Shown here one piece after another: positions 23,401 through 35,700 of a stretch of DNA of 64,000 bases. Position numbers and translations under genes: made by a program. Each line of letters starts with the position of its first letter. Positions within the stretch are counted from its first letter, which is position 1. Under the pieces are notes generated by a model, which did not search any database, had not been told where the DNA came from, and saw only the letters and a list, made by a program, of their open reading frames with translations. Source of the stretch: Anthoceros angustus (Eukaryota > Plantae > Anthocerotophyta); NCBI GenBank assembly GCA_010909165.1, contig MU008196.1, forward strand, positions 496,001 through 560,000, read 5' to 3'.

Positions 23401-26400
23401 CCATGTGATGACCTGGGTGTTTAGGTCACAAACAGGCTCAACCCTAGGCAAGAACTTACAGCAGTTCTCCGGCTCATAGGACACTGGTCCTCTTGCACCA
23501 TCCTCCACAGCTTTTGCACGGCTCATTGCTGCAGTCACTAGCTCCGTCCGGCTGACTTGAAGAACCTCCTCCGAGGGTGGTTGCAACCCTAGCTTGTCTT
23601 CCTCCTCCTCGTCGAAATCCTCCATCGCCGTTGTTAGACACACGCCAAGAGGTTCAAGCACGTATGGCGTGTCCTTCACTCTGGCCAAACACTGGGTAGA
23701 CGCTGGCAATGAGGTTCTCATGATCCTTGCCATGCATGCAGAGGGATGCGGGCAATCCGTTCATCGGTTTTGCTCCAGCTTCTCCGGTCGATAGTAGACT
23801 GTCTCCGTCCACAAATCCACCATGACTCTGTTTGTACAAAGCGTCCGCTCCCAAAGAAGACATCAAATGTATGCATCGGTGACCAAGCGGTGTACCTCGA
23901 CAAAGGTGAAGTCTGTTCTTGGTTTGAATGAAACCTTCAGCTTGTACCTTGTCACCCCAACACATGCTCCGTGGTCCCACAAGGGTCTGGATCTTCCACT
24001 TGGTTTCCTTCAACCTTTCTTGGTGGAGACCCAACGCTTCCTTCACTCTTCTTCCAACGATCACCGGGCGTGCTCGGTGTCAATCAACACCCTCCTTGGT
24101 GCGAATCCATTGATTTCAATGTGCCTCTCCGATTGTTGACCAAAGCCACTCCCACTGCGCAGATTCCGCTTCTCCACGAGATGCTTGGCTCGAGGTCAAT
24201 GACATCATTGCCACCTGTGGCACATTGTCGACACTTGCTTCGCCTTCAAGGGTTGTCAACATCCGCCGAGTCAAACCCCGACTTCCTTCACGCCAACCCC
24301 ATGTCTTGTAGGTCAAACATGGCATCTCCGAAGCTTTTGTGCCATCGTCTCCGTCGAATCTGCATGGGTTTCTCCACATCGCCCACTGACTTTGATGTTG
24401 CTCCCACAGTTGCTCCTGTGGCAATGGCTCAAACGACTTTGGCATCTTGGCATAGGTTCGGAAGAGGATCCCAAGCTTCCTTCCGTGTCTTCCACTGCAG
24501 TCAAGACATCCTCTTCTTCCTCGAGCTATCTTCTCTCGTAGCTGCCAGGTTTCTTCCCTTGCCCTTGATGGGTCACCGCCATGTATCCAAGCTTGTGCTC
24601 ATCTTCTTCGCCTCCGATGATGAACTGCTCTCCTTGATCTTCGCCTTCCGCACCAACTTCTCCAGCTTTGCAAGGCGTGCCACGAGCCGCCCATCGCCTT
24701 CTTTGATGCTTCCCGCTTTTGTCCACGGACTTCGCCCGGCCTCCTCCACGGCGCCTTTGCTCTTCGCGATTTTGTGGATGAGGTTGACGCAGATGCATTG
24801 GCCGGGGTTGTTGCTCGATAACCCGTAGGCCGCAATTCGGATGCTTCTCCCAACATGCCGCTTCATTGTGCCCGCATTCCCACACCTAGGGCATGGCTCC
24901 TCACCCTTGACTCCTCCGAATGCATGCTCGCACTCATGAGGGAATGGTCCGCCCTCGGCACCTCACGCAGGGCTCGCCACTTGGGCTGTGGGCTGGCTTG
25001 TCTCGCCGAGCTCCTCCACTGACCTCCGCTCATGTCGCCCACCACTCCTACTTGTGCCGGAGTAATCACTTGCAACAAAGACGAGAGAAAGTGTCGGGCC
25101 CTATCTTGTCACCATCTCGTACACTTCCTTGAGGGTGTAGTGTTGCCCTTCGCTGTGCACCGCTTGTTGCACCTTCATGCGCAGTGCATATGGCAATGCA
25201 AGTACTTCTCTGCGGCGATCGGTCACTCATGATCTTGGTGTCACGTACCAACCGGTCGATTCTTCGATAAGCCATCTTCGCAGCCTCACCGACTTCATCT
25301 TGAAGTGTGTCACCGAGATCTTCTCATCCGTGCTTGCGAAACTCCAGTAGGAAGATGTCAAACATCTCTTCGATGGGATCGTGCCCACTTACACCGCTCC
25401 GTCGCGACCGGTTCCTTCGAGCTTGAACTGCTACTCATTGGTCCTCCATGTGCCGCCAACAACCTCGCCTTGTGCTCGCGATAGCACGCCAATGCTTCAT
25501 CCCCAAGTACTTGGCATTTGGATGAAGCCGTATCGCTTCGTATCCGGTCTTCAATTCCATCTCCGCACACCGCACTGCATTTCTCGATGAAGTCCTCCAG
25601 TGGCAAGGTGCCCGCCGTCTGAACAACTCCATTCGATCCTTGTCTCCTCCCATCTTGACGACTCCAAGAGACAAGTCCTCCTCGCCGCTCACCGAGTTGT
25701 CCCGGCCACTAACGTGTCTTGTGTGTTGCCACCATGATCCTTCAAAGATTGTTGATTGTGTCGGGTTCCTCCGCCCTTCGGTACCAAAATCGAGGTGTTC
25801 GCACTTCTCTCTTGGTCGGGACTTCGCGTGCCTCCTCCACGGCGCCTTTGCTCTTGATTTTGTGGATGAGGTTGGCGATGCATTGGCGGGGTTGCTGCTC
25901 GATAACCCGTAGGCCGCAATTCGGATGCTTCTCCCAACATGCCGCTTCATTGTGCCGTACCTCCCACCTAGGGCATGGCTCCTCACCCTTGACTCCTCCA
26001 GGCATGCTCGCACTCATGAGGGAATGGTCCGTCCTCGGCACCTCACGCGGGGCTCGTCACTTGGGCTGTGGGCTGGCTTGTCTCGAGCTCCTCCACTCGA
26101 CCTCCGTCGGTCATGTCGTCCACCACTCCTACTTGTCTTTGGAGTAATCACTTGCAACAAAGACGAGAGAAAGTGTCGGGCCCTATCTTGTCGACCATCT
26201 CGTACACTTCCTTGAGGGTGTAGTGTTGCCCCCGTCTGTGCACCGCTTGTTGCACCTTCATCGCGTGCATATGGCAATGCAAGTACTTCTCTGCGGTCGG
26301 TCACTCATGATCTTGGTGTCACGTACCAAGCGGTCGATTCTTGATAAGCCATCTTGCAGTCTCGCTGACTTCATCTTGAAGTGTGTCACTCGGAGATCTT

Positions 26401-28584
26401 CTCATCCGTGCTTGCGAAACTCCGGTAGGAAGATGTCAAACATCTCTTGATGGGATCGTGCCCACTCTGCCGCTTTGCCTTTGGTTCCTCGGAGCTTGAA
26501 CTGCTACTCACTGGTCCTCCGGATGTGCTCAACAACCTCGCCTTGTGCTCGCGATAGCATGCTTCATCCCCAAGTACTTGGCATTTGGATGAAGCCGTAT
26601 CGCTTCGTGTATCCGGTCTTCAATTCCATCTCCGCACAGCCGTACTTCTCGATGAAGTCCTCCGGTGGCAAGGTGCCGCTCGTCCTGTGAACAACTCCAT
26701 TCGATCCTTGTCTCCTCCCATCTTGGCGACTCCAAGACAAGTCCTCCTGTCGCTTCCGAGTTGTCCGGCGGCACTAACGTGTCTTGTGTGTTGCCACTCA
26801 CGGATCCTTCAAAGATTGTTGATTGTGTCGGGTTCCTCCGTCCTTGGTACCAAAATCGAGGTGTTGCACTTCTCTCTTGGTGGGACTTGAATTCGCTCGA
26901 TGGACTTGCTGGTTGGTAGCTCCGTCCGGATCGAGTGTGTCCAGCATGCACTCCAGGCGGTTAGTGGCTAGATCAAACCCTTAATCAAGGTTAACACACC
27001 CGCTATCTTAGATCGTGATTAGTGAAACCTCTAAGTATCTATGCATGTTAAATTGCATACAAATACTCAGCTACATTGTCAAAAATGTGAGCTGGGTGAG
27101 TTGGATAGCAAAGGCATAGAACTCCAGAGTTAAGCACCGTGGTGGATCAAGACTGGATGGGGTGCCAACCAATTAGAGTTTTGGACAGAAAGTGAAATCA
27201 AATGGACTGATGACATACCCATGTCTATCCGCTTCCCTTATCCCTTGAATCCGGGCCCAAGAGTAAAATACTTTGTTTCTCCTTGGTTGGTTGGCCTTAA
27301 AAGGCCAGCCCCTCAGGAGGCCTCATTCCTCTCCTTGGCCTTGGGCTTCTTCCTCCTCTCCTTGGCTTGGGCTTCTCCTTGGACTTGGGCTTCTTTGCCT
27401 CCTCTCCTTGGCCTTGGACTTGGGTTTCTTCGCCTCCTCTCCTTGGCCTTAGGCTTGGTCCCCTCTCTAGGCCTCAAGCCTTGGGAGTTGGGCCTCTCCT
27501 TTGCCTACTTGCTTAAAGAGCTAACGTCGCCTCGCCTAGCCTCGCCTAGCACGGCCTAGCATCGCCTAGAGTCGCTTAGCATCACCTAGCTTCATCTAAG
27601 CCTAGCACAGCCTATATAGCGTGCACACAGGAGATCATAGCTTGTAACAACAGGAGGGAGTAGCTCACACATCGTGGCACAAACACACCTCCCACCTAGG
27701 GCATGGCTCCTCACCCTTGACTCCTCCAGGCATGCTCGCACTCATGAGGGAATGGTCCGTCCTCGGCACCTCACGCGGGGCTCGTCACTTGGGCTGTGGG
27801 CTGGCTTGTCTCGAGCTCCTCCACTCGACCTCCGTCGGTCATGTCGTCCACCACTCCTACTTGTCTTTGGAGTAATCACTTGCAACAAAGACGAGAGAAA
27901 GTGTCGGGCCCTATCTTGTCGACCATCTCGTACACTTCCTTGAGGGTGTAGTGTTGCCCCCGTCTGTGCACCGCTTGTTGCACCTTCATCGCGTGCATAT
28001 GGCAATGCAAGTACTTCTCTGCGGTCGGTCACTCATGATCTTGGTGTCACGTACCAAGCGGTCGATTCTTGATAAGCCATCTTCGCAGTCTCGCTGACTT
28101 CATCTTGAAGTGTGTCACTCGGAGATCTTCTCATCCGTGCTTGCGAAACTCCGGTAGGAAGATGTCAAACATCTCTTGATGGGATCGTGCCCACTCTGCC
28201 GCTTTGCCTTTGGTTCCTCGGAGCTTGAACTGCTACTCACTGGTCCTCCGGATGTGCTCAACAACCTCGCCTTGTGCTCGCGATAGCATGCTTCATCCCC
28301 AAGTACTTGGCATTTGGATGAAGCCGTATCGCTTCGTGTATCCGGTCTTCAATTCCATCTCCGCACAGCCGTACTTCTCGATGAAGTCCTCCGGTGGCAA
28401 GGTGCCGCTCGTCCTGTGAACAACTCCATTCGATCCTTGTCTCCTCCCATCTTGGCGACTCCAAGACAAGTCCTCCTGTCGCTTCCGAGTTGTCCGGCGG
28501 CACTAACGTGTCTTGTGTGTTGCCACTCACGGATCCTTCAAAGATTGTTGATTGTGTCGGGTTCCTCCGTCCTTGGTACCAAAA

Positions 28585-29899
28585 TCGAGGTGTTGCACTT
28601 CTCTCTTGGTGGGACTTGAATTCGCTCGATGGACTTCTTTGGTTGGTAGCTCCGTCCGGATCGAGTGTGTCCATGCATGCACTCCAGGCGGTTAGTGGCT
28701 AGGTCAAACCCTTAATCAAGGTTAACACACCCCGCTAACTTAGATCGTGATTAGTGAAACCTCTAAGTATCTATGCATGTCTAAATTGCATACAGATACT
28801 CTGTAGTCTACATGTCAAAAACTTGAGCTGGGTGAGTTGGATAGCAAAGACATAAGAACTCCAGAGTTAAGCACCCGTGAGGTGGATCAGTACTTGGATG
28901 GGGTGCCAACTAGTTAGGAGTTTTGGACAGAAAGTGAAATCAAATGGACTGATGACATACCCATGTCTATCCCCTTATCCCTTGGAATCCGGGCCCAAGA
29001 GTAAAATACTCTTGTTTCTCCTTGGTTGGTTGGCCTTAAAAGGCCCCCCTGTGGAGCCTCATTCCTCTCCTTGGGCTTCTTCTCGCCTCCTTGGCCTTGG
29101 CCTTCTCCTTGGCCTTGGACTTGGGCTTCTTCGCCTCCTCCTTGGCCTTGGACTTGGGCTCTTCCTCCTCCTCCTTGGCCTTGGCTTGGGCTTGGTCCCT
29201 CTCTTGGCCTTGGGCTTGGCCTGCCTACTTGCTTAAAGAGCTAACGTCGCCTCGCCTAGCATCGCTTAGCATCGCCTAGCATCGCCTAGCATCACCTAGC
29301 ATCGCCTAGCATCACCTAGCATCGCCTAGCACGGCCTATAGCGTGCGAGATCATAGCTTGTAACAGGAGGAGTAGCTCGCCGTCGTGGCACAAACACACT
29401 CTCCCACGAGAACAACACGCAAATTCCTCACACATCGCCTCCTGAGTCATAGCTTTGGCCTCCTCACAACGCCTCAGATTGAGCATCTAGAGGACAAGCT
29501 GATCCGAGCTTGTCCTCAATGGAAGGGTCTATATATACTAGACCTGGCATCTCCTAAGATATATATCTATCACCATATATCCTAAGAATATCTATGCAAG
29601 GAATATGCCAAAGCATATTACTTGAGCTTATCCACTTAGCTATTGTATCCTAAGAATACACTATAATATGCAAGGAATATGCCAAAGCATATTACTTGAG
29701 CTTATCCACTTAGCTATCGCTAACCATGTTTAATTAACACTAATCAATGCTTAATTAACATAAGCACATTAGATTATTAACACTAATCAATACATAAACA
29801 CCTTAGATTAATTAACACTAATTACTTACTTAAAGATAAGTAATTAGATTAATTAATGCTAATCAAACACTAAACCCAAGTGCAGAGATTAGTATCACA
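28585..29899 (-). repeat. 5' LTR of the DNMT-bearing element (second partial copy ~26856-27690)
   Basis: TG start. Internal CCTTGG-rich tract, (ATCGCCTAGC)n at 29265-29335, a ~55-bp duplication at 29592-29716, and a TATA-like run at ~29530. Confidence 0.7.
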
Positions 29900-30007
29900 C
29901 GGCATGACAGATCTGACAATGCCAAAGAGTACCTTTCCACTGCATTTCAGCAATTTTGTCAAGATAAAGGCATTACACAATAGCTCACTATCCCATACCA
30001 TTCAGAT
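29900..30007 (+). pseudogene. Ty1/Copia integrase core fragment (insertion target of the DNMT element)
   Basis: RSDNAKEYLSTAFQQFCQDKGITQ*LTIPY. Confidence 0.8.
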
Positions 30008-30382
30008 ATGAAGGGGGTTTTTTATGGGCCCTAAAACAACGTTTATTATTAATTCTGGAAAACATCTTCGAAAAAAAGGGTATCACCCGGTAAAGATACT
30101 GCTTTCCACCCAGCAATGTCTCTATCGAATGGTGCTCACAATCTCAAACCGATGGGATTAATGCAAAGTGGGACCCGTAAGGAAGGCCGTTTCTGCATGG
30201 AAGGGACTACCGTAAATTCAGTTCCAGACGGAAAATGTGGTTTAGTAAGGATACAACAAAAGCCACGGACAAGGTATCTCCAAAACACGGTAACATCTGG
30301 AACCGACGTACAATATTCACTCTGGGACCCCGGGACAATCTGTGATTTGAGTTTCACTCATCCCCAGAGTTCAATCCTTCGT
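30008..30382 (-). mobile_element. Diverged Sola-like relative, 3' part (continues at 37264)
   Basis: TGAAGGGGGTTTTTTATGGG resembles the subterminal TGAAGGGGGTTTCACATGGG. The coding tail DEGLNSGDE* matches DGVESGEE* at ~4494-4520 once the chromovirus is removed. Confidence 0.55.
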
Positions 30383-30566
30383 TGTCACGACATAGGGTTA
30401 GGGTAACCATGGTTAAGAGGTATAGTTAGGTTAAGAGGTATAGTTAGGGTTAGGGTAACCATGAGTGTAAAGGCTACTTAAGCCACAATCAGTCGTAATG
30501 AAGGCAGAGCTAGTTGTGTGCTTCCACGCCCATTGCTCGATCGCAGCCAAGTTCATGGCTGTTACA
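30383..30566 (+). repeat. 5' LTR (184 bp)
   Basis: TGTCACG...GTTACA; 183/184 identical to the 3' LTR. Confidence 0.97.
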
Positions 30567-30568
30567 AC

Positions 30569-30580
30569 TGGTATCAGAGC
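30569..30580 (+). promoter_or_regulatory. Primer-binding site, tRNA-iMet
   Basis: TGGTATCAGAGC, 2 nt after the LTR. Confidence 0.95.
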
Positions 30581-30601
30581 GAGGTCGGATTGTTGGTGGG
30601 G

Positions 30602-31180
30602 ATGGCGAGCGATTTGAATCGGTTGCATCGCAACTATCCAGGGCTACCGCGATTCGATCGACATGAGGAGGTGGTAGCACGATTTCAAGCGAGCACGACC
30701 CGGTTCCCACCGACGGCCGAGGAATTGAGATACGTGCTGGCCCTTGGGGTACACTTTGTACAGCGGCTTCGGGAAGGGCAGCATGTGGGTATTTTACTAG
30801 GCGGGAGTTGTGTAGAGAGGCTTTATCAGCGCCTGGAAGGACCTGTTTCAGCGATTTGGAGCGAGGAGCAGCAAGGGGCCTGGATTTGCCTCACGGCCGA
30901 GATCGAGGAGAGTCTCGGGCTAGCCAGTGAAGGTTTTGCGAGGTACTTTGGGGCCACAGTCGTGGGATTTCAGGGGGAGACGGTCGCCACCATCTTGCAG
31001 CGGAATAACTTGCCAATCCCCACACCGCTTCGCGAGGCAGGGGTCGATCGGGGGCGTGACCCAGGGGCCCTTGTGCTCCTATACCAGCCAACGGCAGCAG
31101 AAGGGCTGGACAGCCGCTCGCCACGACAGGCGACGGAGGATCTAACGACCGGCTCACCGAGGAGGCAACGGGCGGAATAA
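30602..31180 (+). CDS. Extra ORF of unknown function upstream of gag (192 aa)
   Basis: Uninterrupted ATG-to-TAA frame starting 21 nt after the PBS. Protein-like composition, no motif I recognise. Confidence 0.5.
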   Translation: MASDLNRLHRNYPGLPRFDRHEEVVARFQASTTRFPPTAEELRYVLALGVHFVQRLREGQHVGILLGGSCVERLYQRLEGPVSAIWSEEQQGAWICLTAEIEESLGLASEGFARYFGATVVGFQGETVATILQRNNLPIPTPLREAGVDRGRDPGALVLLYQPTAAEGLDSRSPRQATEDLTTGSPRRQRAE

Positions 31181-32749
31181 GAGGCAGATCAACTCGCGGG
31201 GCTTGAGGGCTGGCGCGAAGGACAGACCTTACAGACTGATGTACTAACCTTGGTGTAAGCTGGACATGAAATCCCGGGCCGCAGCGAGGGCTCTGTGGTG
31301 TCGGCAGGTGATTCCAGGCAGATCCAGCGGCCTTGTGGTACTGCACCAAGATTGCGTACGACTATTCTTGTGTGTAAATTGAGTGAAATCCGGGCTGGCA
31401 GCGATACAGGCTCCAGAGGCTGTTCCCGGCCGGCCTTGTGGTGCCTCCGTCGAGGTTTTGCTCGATGGGCATGCTAAAGTGTGAGGTGGATGCTAATTCC
31501 GGTGGGCGGCAGCCTGTGGATTGCGATGGCGGTTCCACAGCCGGCTCGTGGCTGCGGTGCCTCCACTAAGATTCTTGTGTGGAGTTGTGATTAGGTAGCG
31601 AGTGAAATCCCGGCCGCATGGCCGCCAAGGCCAGGAAGAATTTGTGCAACAGTCTCGTGAAGGGGGGAACCAGACTCTGCACCACCGCTGGAAGTCATGG
31701 TGCACAGAACCGCGTGGCACGGGCTCCATCGGTGCATGCAGCGGTAGCCGTCACCAGCGGACTCGAAATTTCAGGCTGTCGGGCAGAGGGTGATCGGTGG
31801 GTGCGGCGAGGATCGACCACTTACGAACCCTCGCCACCAAACGCACAGGTCCAGCAATCGAGAGTGAAGTCGGAACAGCCGGGCCGTGGGGAATCGTACT
31901 CGAAATTGCGGGACAGCGGTGCACATGGGTGGTGCACATCTCAAAGTGGGTGCTGGTACACAAAGCCTGGAGGGTTAGCAGGCCGAGAAGCTGGCGGCTC
32001 ACTGCCGGATTGCAGGATCAGGAGGTCGTGGGTAGAACGACGACTGCCAATCACACGGATTGCACCGGTACTGACAGAATCAGGCCTTAGCTTGGGAAGA
32101 TCATGGCTGGCGGTGCCTGGATTGTCGATCGGTACTGTGGTGTGTAGCGAAGGAGGCAGCCAGGAGTGGCGCTAATTGAAGTCGCAAGTTGAGCGTTGTC
32201 ATCAGAAGCAAGTATGGGGAGCAACAGTCTTTGGATGCCACGGTTGGCGCGATTCTTGGCCGACACTCACGCATGCAATTTCCGGCAGCCGCGGCAAAAC
32301 AGCGGTGGCGAGCTTGAGTCAATGCTCACGGAGTCACGACCACCTAGGGAGGCCGAGGCCAGGTAGCACGTCCGGCGTCTGACCGGGGCGGAGGGTGATC
32401 GGTGGTGCGAGGATCGACCACTTACGAACCTCGCCACTAAACGCATGTGTCCTAATCGAGAGTGAAGTAGTAGGCCGTGGGGAATCGACTAAATTGGACA
32501 CATGGGTGGTGCACATCTCAAAGTGGGTGCCGTACACAAAGCTCGGAGGGTTAGCAGGCCGAGAAGCTGGCGGCTCACTGCCGGATTGCAGGATCAGGAG
32601 GTCGTGGGTAGAACGACGACTGCCAATCACACGGATTGCCGATCGGTAATCGGCCTTAGCTTGGGAAGATCATGGCTGGCGGTGCCTGGATTATCGATCA
32701 GGTGGCGCGGGCGCGAAGGAGGCAGGAGTGGCGCTAATTGAAGTCGCAA

Positions 32750-35700
32750 GTTGAGCGTTGTCATCAGAAGCAAGTATGGGGAGCAACCGGCCGGATGCCA
32801 CACTTGGCGCAGCGATTCTTGGCCGACACTCACTCAATTCCGAGCAAGAAGCGAGAGCAACGCGAGGGTGGCCAGGCTTGAGTCAATGCTCACGGAGTCA
32901 CGACCACCTAGGGGAGGCCAGGCCAAGGTAGCACGTCCCGACGCGTACGACGGGACAGGAGACGCCACCGCCTTTGACCTCTGGAGCCATAGGACCCGAG
33001 CATATCTGGAGTTATGTGGCGCCAATCCCCAACAGCATGTTACCATCGCGGCCACATTTCTCAAAGACACGGCACTATTGTGGTGGATGCAGCAGCTGGA
33101 GGCCATCGCCCAAGGTACAATTACAGCCCCAACCACCCTCGACGGTTCTGCAGATGGTACGAGCCGAATTTGTACCTTTGGAGGGGAGACAAATGGCGAG
33201 GGAAAATTTGGCTAGGCGCCAACGTACGACGGTAGCATTGTACACACAAGAGTTTCGACGCCTCGTCCAAGCATCCCGGGGATCACCAACGACAAAATGC
33301 TAGATTGCTTTTCGCGAGGCTTGAAGCCGGCTGTCCGCAAGGACGTTGTAATGGCACGGTGCCGAACATTTGAGGACGCAGTCCAGGTCGACAAACTGAT
33401 GCGCTGTTTCATCAGTTTAAAGGGTGGTATAAGCAGCAACCCTCGGGGACGGAAGGGGCCCAGGACAATGCGACACCAATGGAACTCGGAACACTTCAGC
33501 CATTTTAGGGTCAGTGCTATACTTGCCAAGGATGGGGACACCGAGCACGAGACTGTCCACGCAACACTGGACGAGGCCGAGGTGGTCGGGGACGGGGTGG
33601 ACAACCACCGGCCCAACAGCAAGGACGGGGGCGAGGGAGACCTGCCCAGCAAAACAATAATGTCCAGATCGAAGAATTGCAAGACTCGGAAAACGAGGCT
33701 TTCCAGCAGCAGTAGGGCATCCTGCTGGGAGGAGTGGTGACCATAGCCCTAGGGTCCGGCGACTTTTTACCATCCGAGGTCAAGTAAACAGTAAACTTTG
33801 TCGCATTTTACTCGACTCGGGTGCTAGTTCTAATTTTATGTCTAGGACTTTTGCTAAGCAGGGAGGTTGGGACACCCACCAGTTGTGTGGGCAGGTCCGG
33901 TTGGGACACCCACCAGTTGTGTGGGCAGGTCCGGTTGGCCAATGGCCAGTGTCAGGCTAATGCCACAATCAGCAATTATGTTAATTTACGCATGGGGGGG
34001 CACTGCGAGCGTCTCCGTTTCACCATCACCGATCTTGCCGAGGGGCATGATATCCTGCAGGGTATGCCTTGGTTAGAGGACCACAATCCAGTTATAACGT
34101 GGCCTGATCACGAGTTAACTGCGATTGGGGGCGCCTCAGCGTCTGGCGAACAACTCACGGAAGGAAGAGGAGGCGGTGCCGCAAATTTGACGCAGCACTA
34201 GAGTGTGCATTGCGCAAGGGGACCAAGATCTTCAAAGAAACCGTATTTGTTATCAAGGAGAGGTCAGGTCCAACGCGACCGGACCGACATGTACATAGGA
34301 GATACCAAAGCGCTGCCATAATGGATGAGTTCAAGGGCGTCTTTGGTCGACACCGCGGCGGGATTGCCCCGCCTAGGGAGGTCGACCATCGTATCGAACT
34401 CATACCAGGCGAACACAGGCCGCCGTACCGGCCTGTGTACAGGATGTTCGCGCTAGAAATCGAGGAGGCCACACGTCAAGTGGAGGAGCTCTTGAGGAAG
34501 GGATATATTCGCCCATCCAAGTCCCCATACGGAGCCCCAATACTCTTCTCGCGGAAGAAGAACGGTAAGCTCCGCATGTGTATTGATTATCGGGGACTGA
34601 ACAGTCTAACGAAGAAGAACACGTTTCCGCTACCACGGATTGATGAGTTACTGGAGGGACTTGCTGGTGCGCGATTCTTCTCCAAACTCGACCTAGCCAG
34701 TGGCTACCATCAGATCCGCATCGCCAACGGGGACGAGGAGAAGACAGCGTTCAACACTCGACACGGCCACTATGAGTGGCTCGTGATGTCGTTCGGAATG
34801 ACTAATGCGCCAGCCACCTTTCAGACACTGATGAACGGAGTATTTCAGGGGATGATCAACAGAGGAATCTTGGTGTACCTCGATGATATCCTGGTGTATG
34901 GGAGAACCAGGGAGGAGCATGACAAGAATCTATGCGAAGCCCCTCGGCTTAGCGGCCGGTTATATGCGTGCGCGTGCGAACCTGCGGCGGCAAGTGGAGT
35001 ACTTAGGGCATATCATCAATGCTCGAGGTGTCCAAGTCGACCCCGCCAAGGTAGCAGTTATACAGGCCTGGCCTATACCGAGTAAAGTACAGGACCTACA
35101 GAGTTTCCTCGGGTTGGCTTCCTACTATCGCAAGTTTATCTCGAACTTTGCGCACATAGCAGCCCCACTCACACTGCTGTTGCAACAGGAGGTTCCTTGG
35201 GCGTGGCAGAAGGAGCAGGCGGCGGCCTTTGAAGCAATTAAACAGGCACTAACCACTGCCCCAGTGCTTGTGTATCCTGACCCCCAGCTGCCATTTGTCG
35301 TCACTACGGACGCCTCCGACCTAGCTATCGGAGCCGTACTTCAGCAGGATCAGGGGCAGGGTCTACAACCAGTAGCATACTTCTCAAGGAAACTCCAAGG
35401 AGCGGAACTCAATTGGACGACGAACGAGAAGGAGACGCTGGCACAAGTGTTGGCCATCAAGAACTGGTGCTGTTTTTTGGAAGGTACCTCGTTCGTTTTA
35501 CAGACTGACCACTGCCGCTTGTTTATCTACAAACCCAGCGGCAACTGTCACGGAAGCAAGCCCGTTGGCTGGAGTTCCTGCAACAGTATCATTACGAGGT
35601 GCAGTACGTGAAGGGTCGGGTGAATCAAGCTGCTGATGCACTGAGTCGTCTCCAGGCTAACTCCGTGTCGACGACGACACATGTTCAAACAGACTGGCAG

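Larger units (their letters stand above)
22014..29899 (-). mobile_element. Ty3/Gypsy LTR retrotransposon: LTR-PBS-gag(CCHC)-protease-C5 DNA methyltransferase-RT (3' truncated; gag/LTR tandemly amplified)
   Basis: LTR begins TGTGATACT at 29899. PBS-like TGGTACC at 28581. Gag zinc knuckle CPRCGNAGHNEAAC (~24852-24895), protease VLIDT (~24080), MTase motifs 22480-23380, RT HIELTTDEPVFRRRHRLS..LGLIRRSNSQYAAATVLPKKKDENG (22014-22250). Confidence 0.85.

Noticed and set aside
30391-30460. Interstitial telomere
   Set aside because: Only about two units per block, and they are an integral part of both LTRs.
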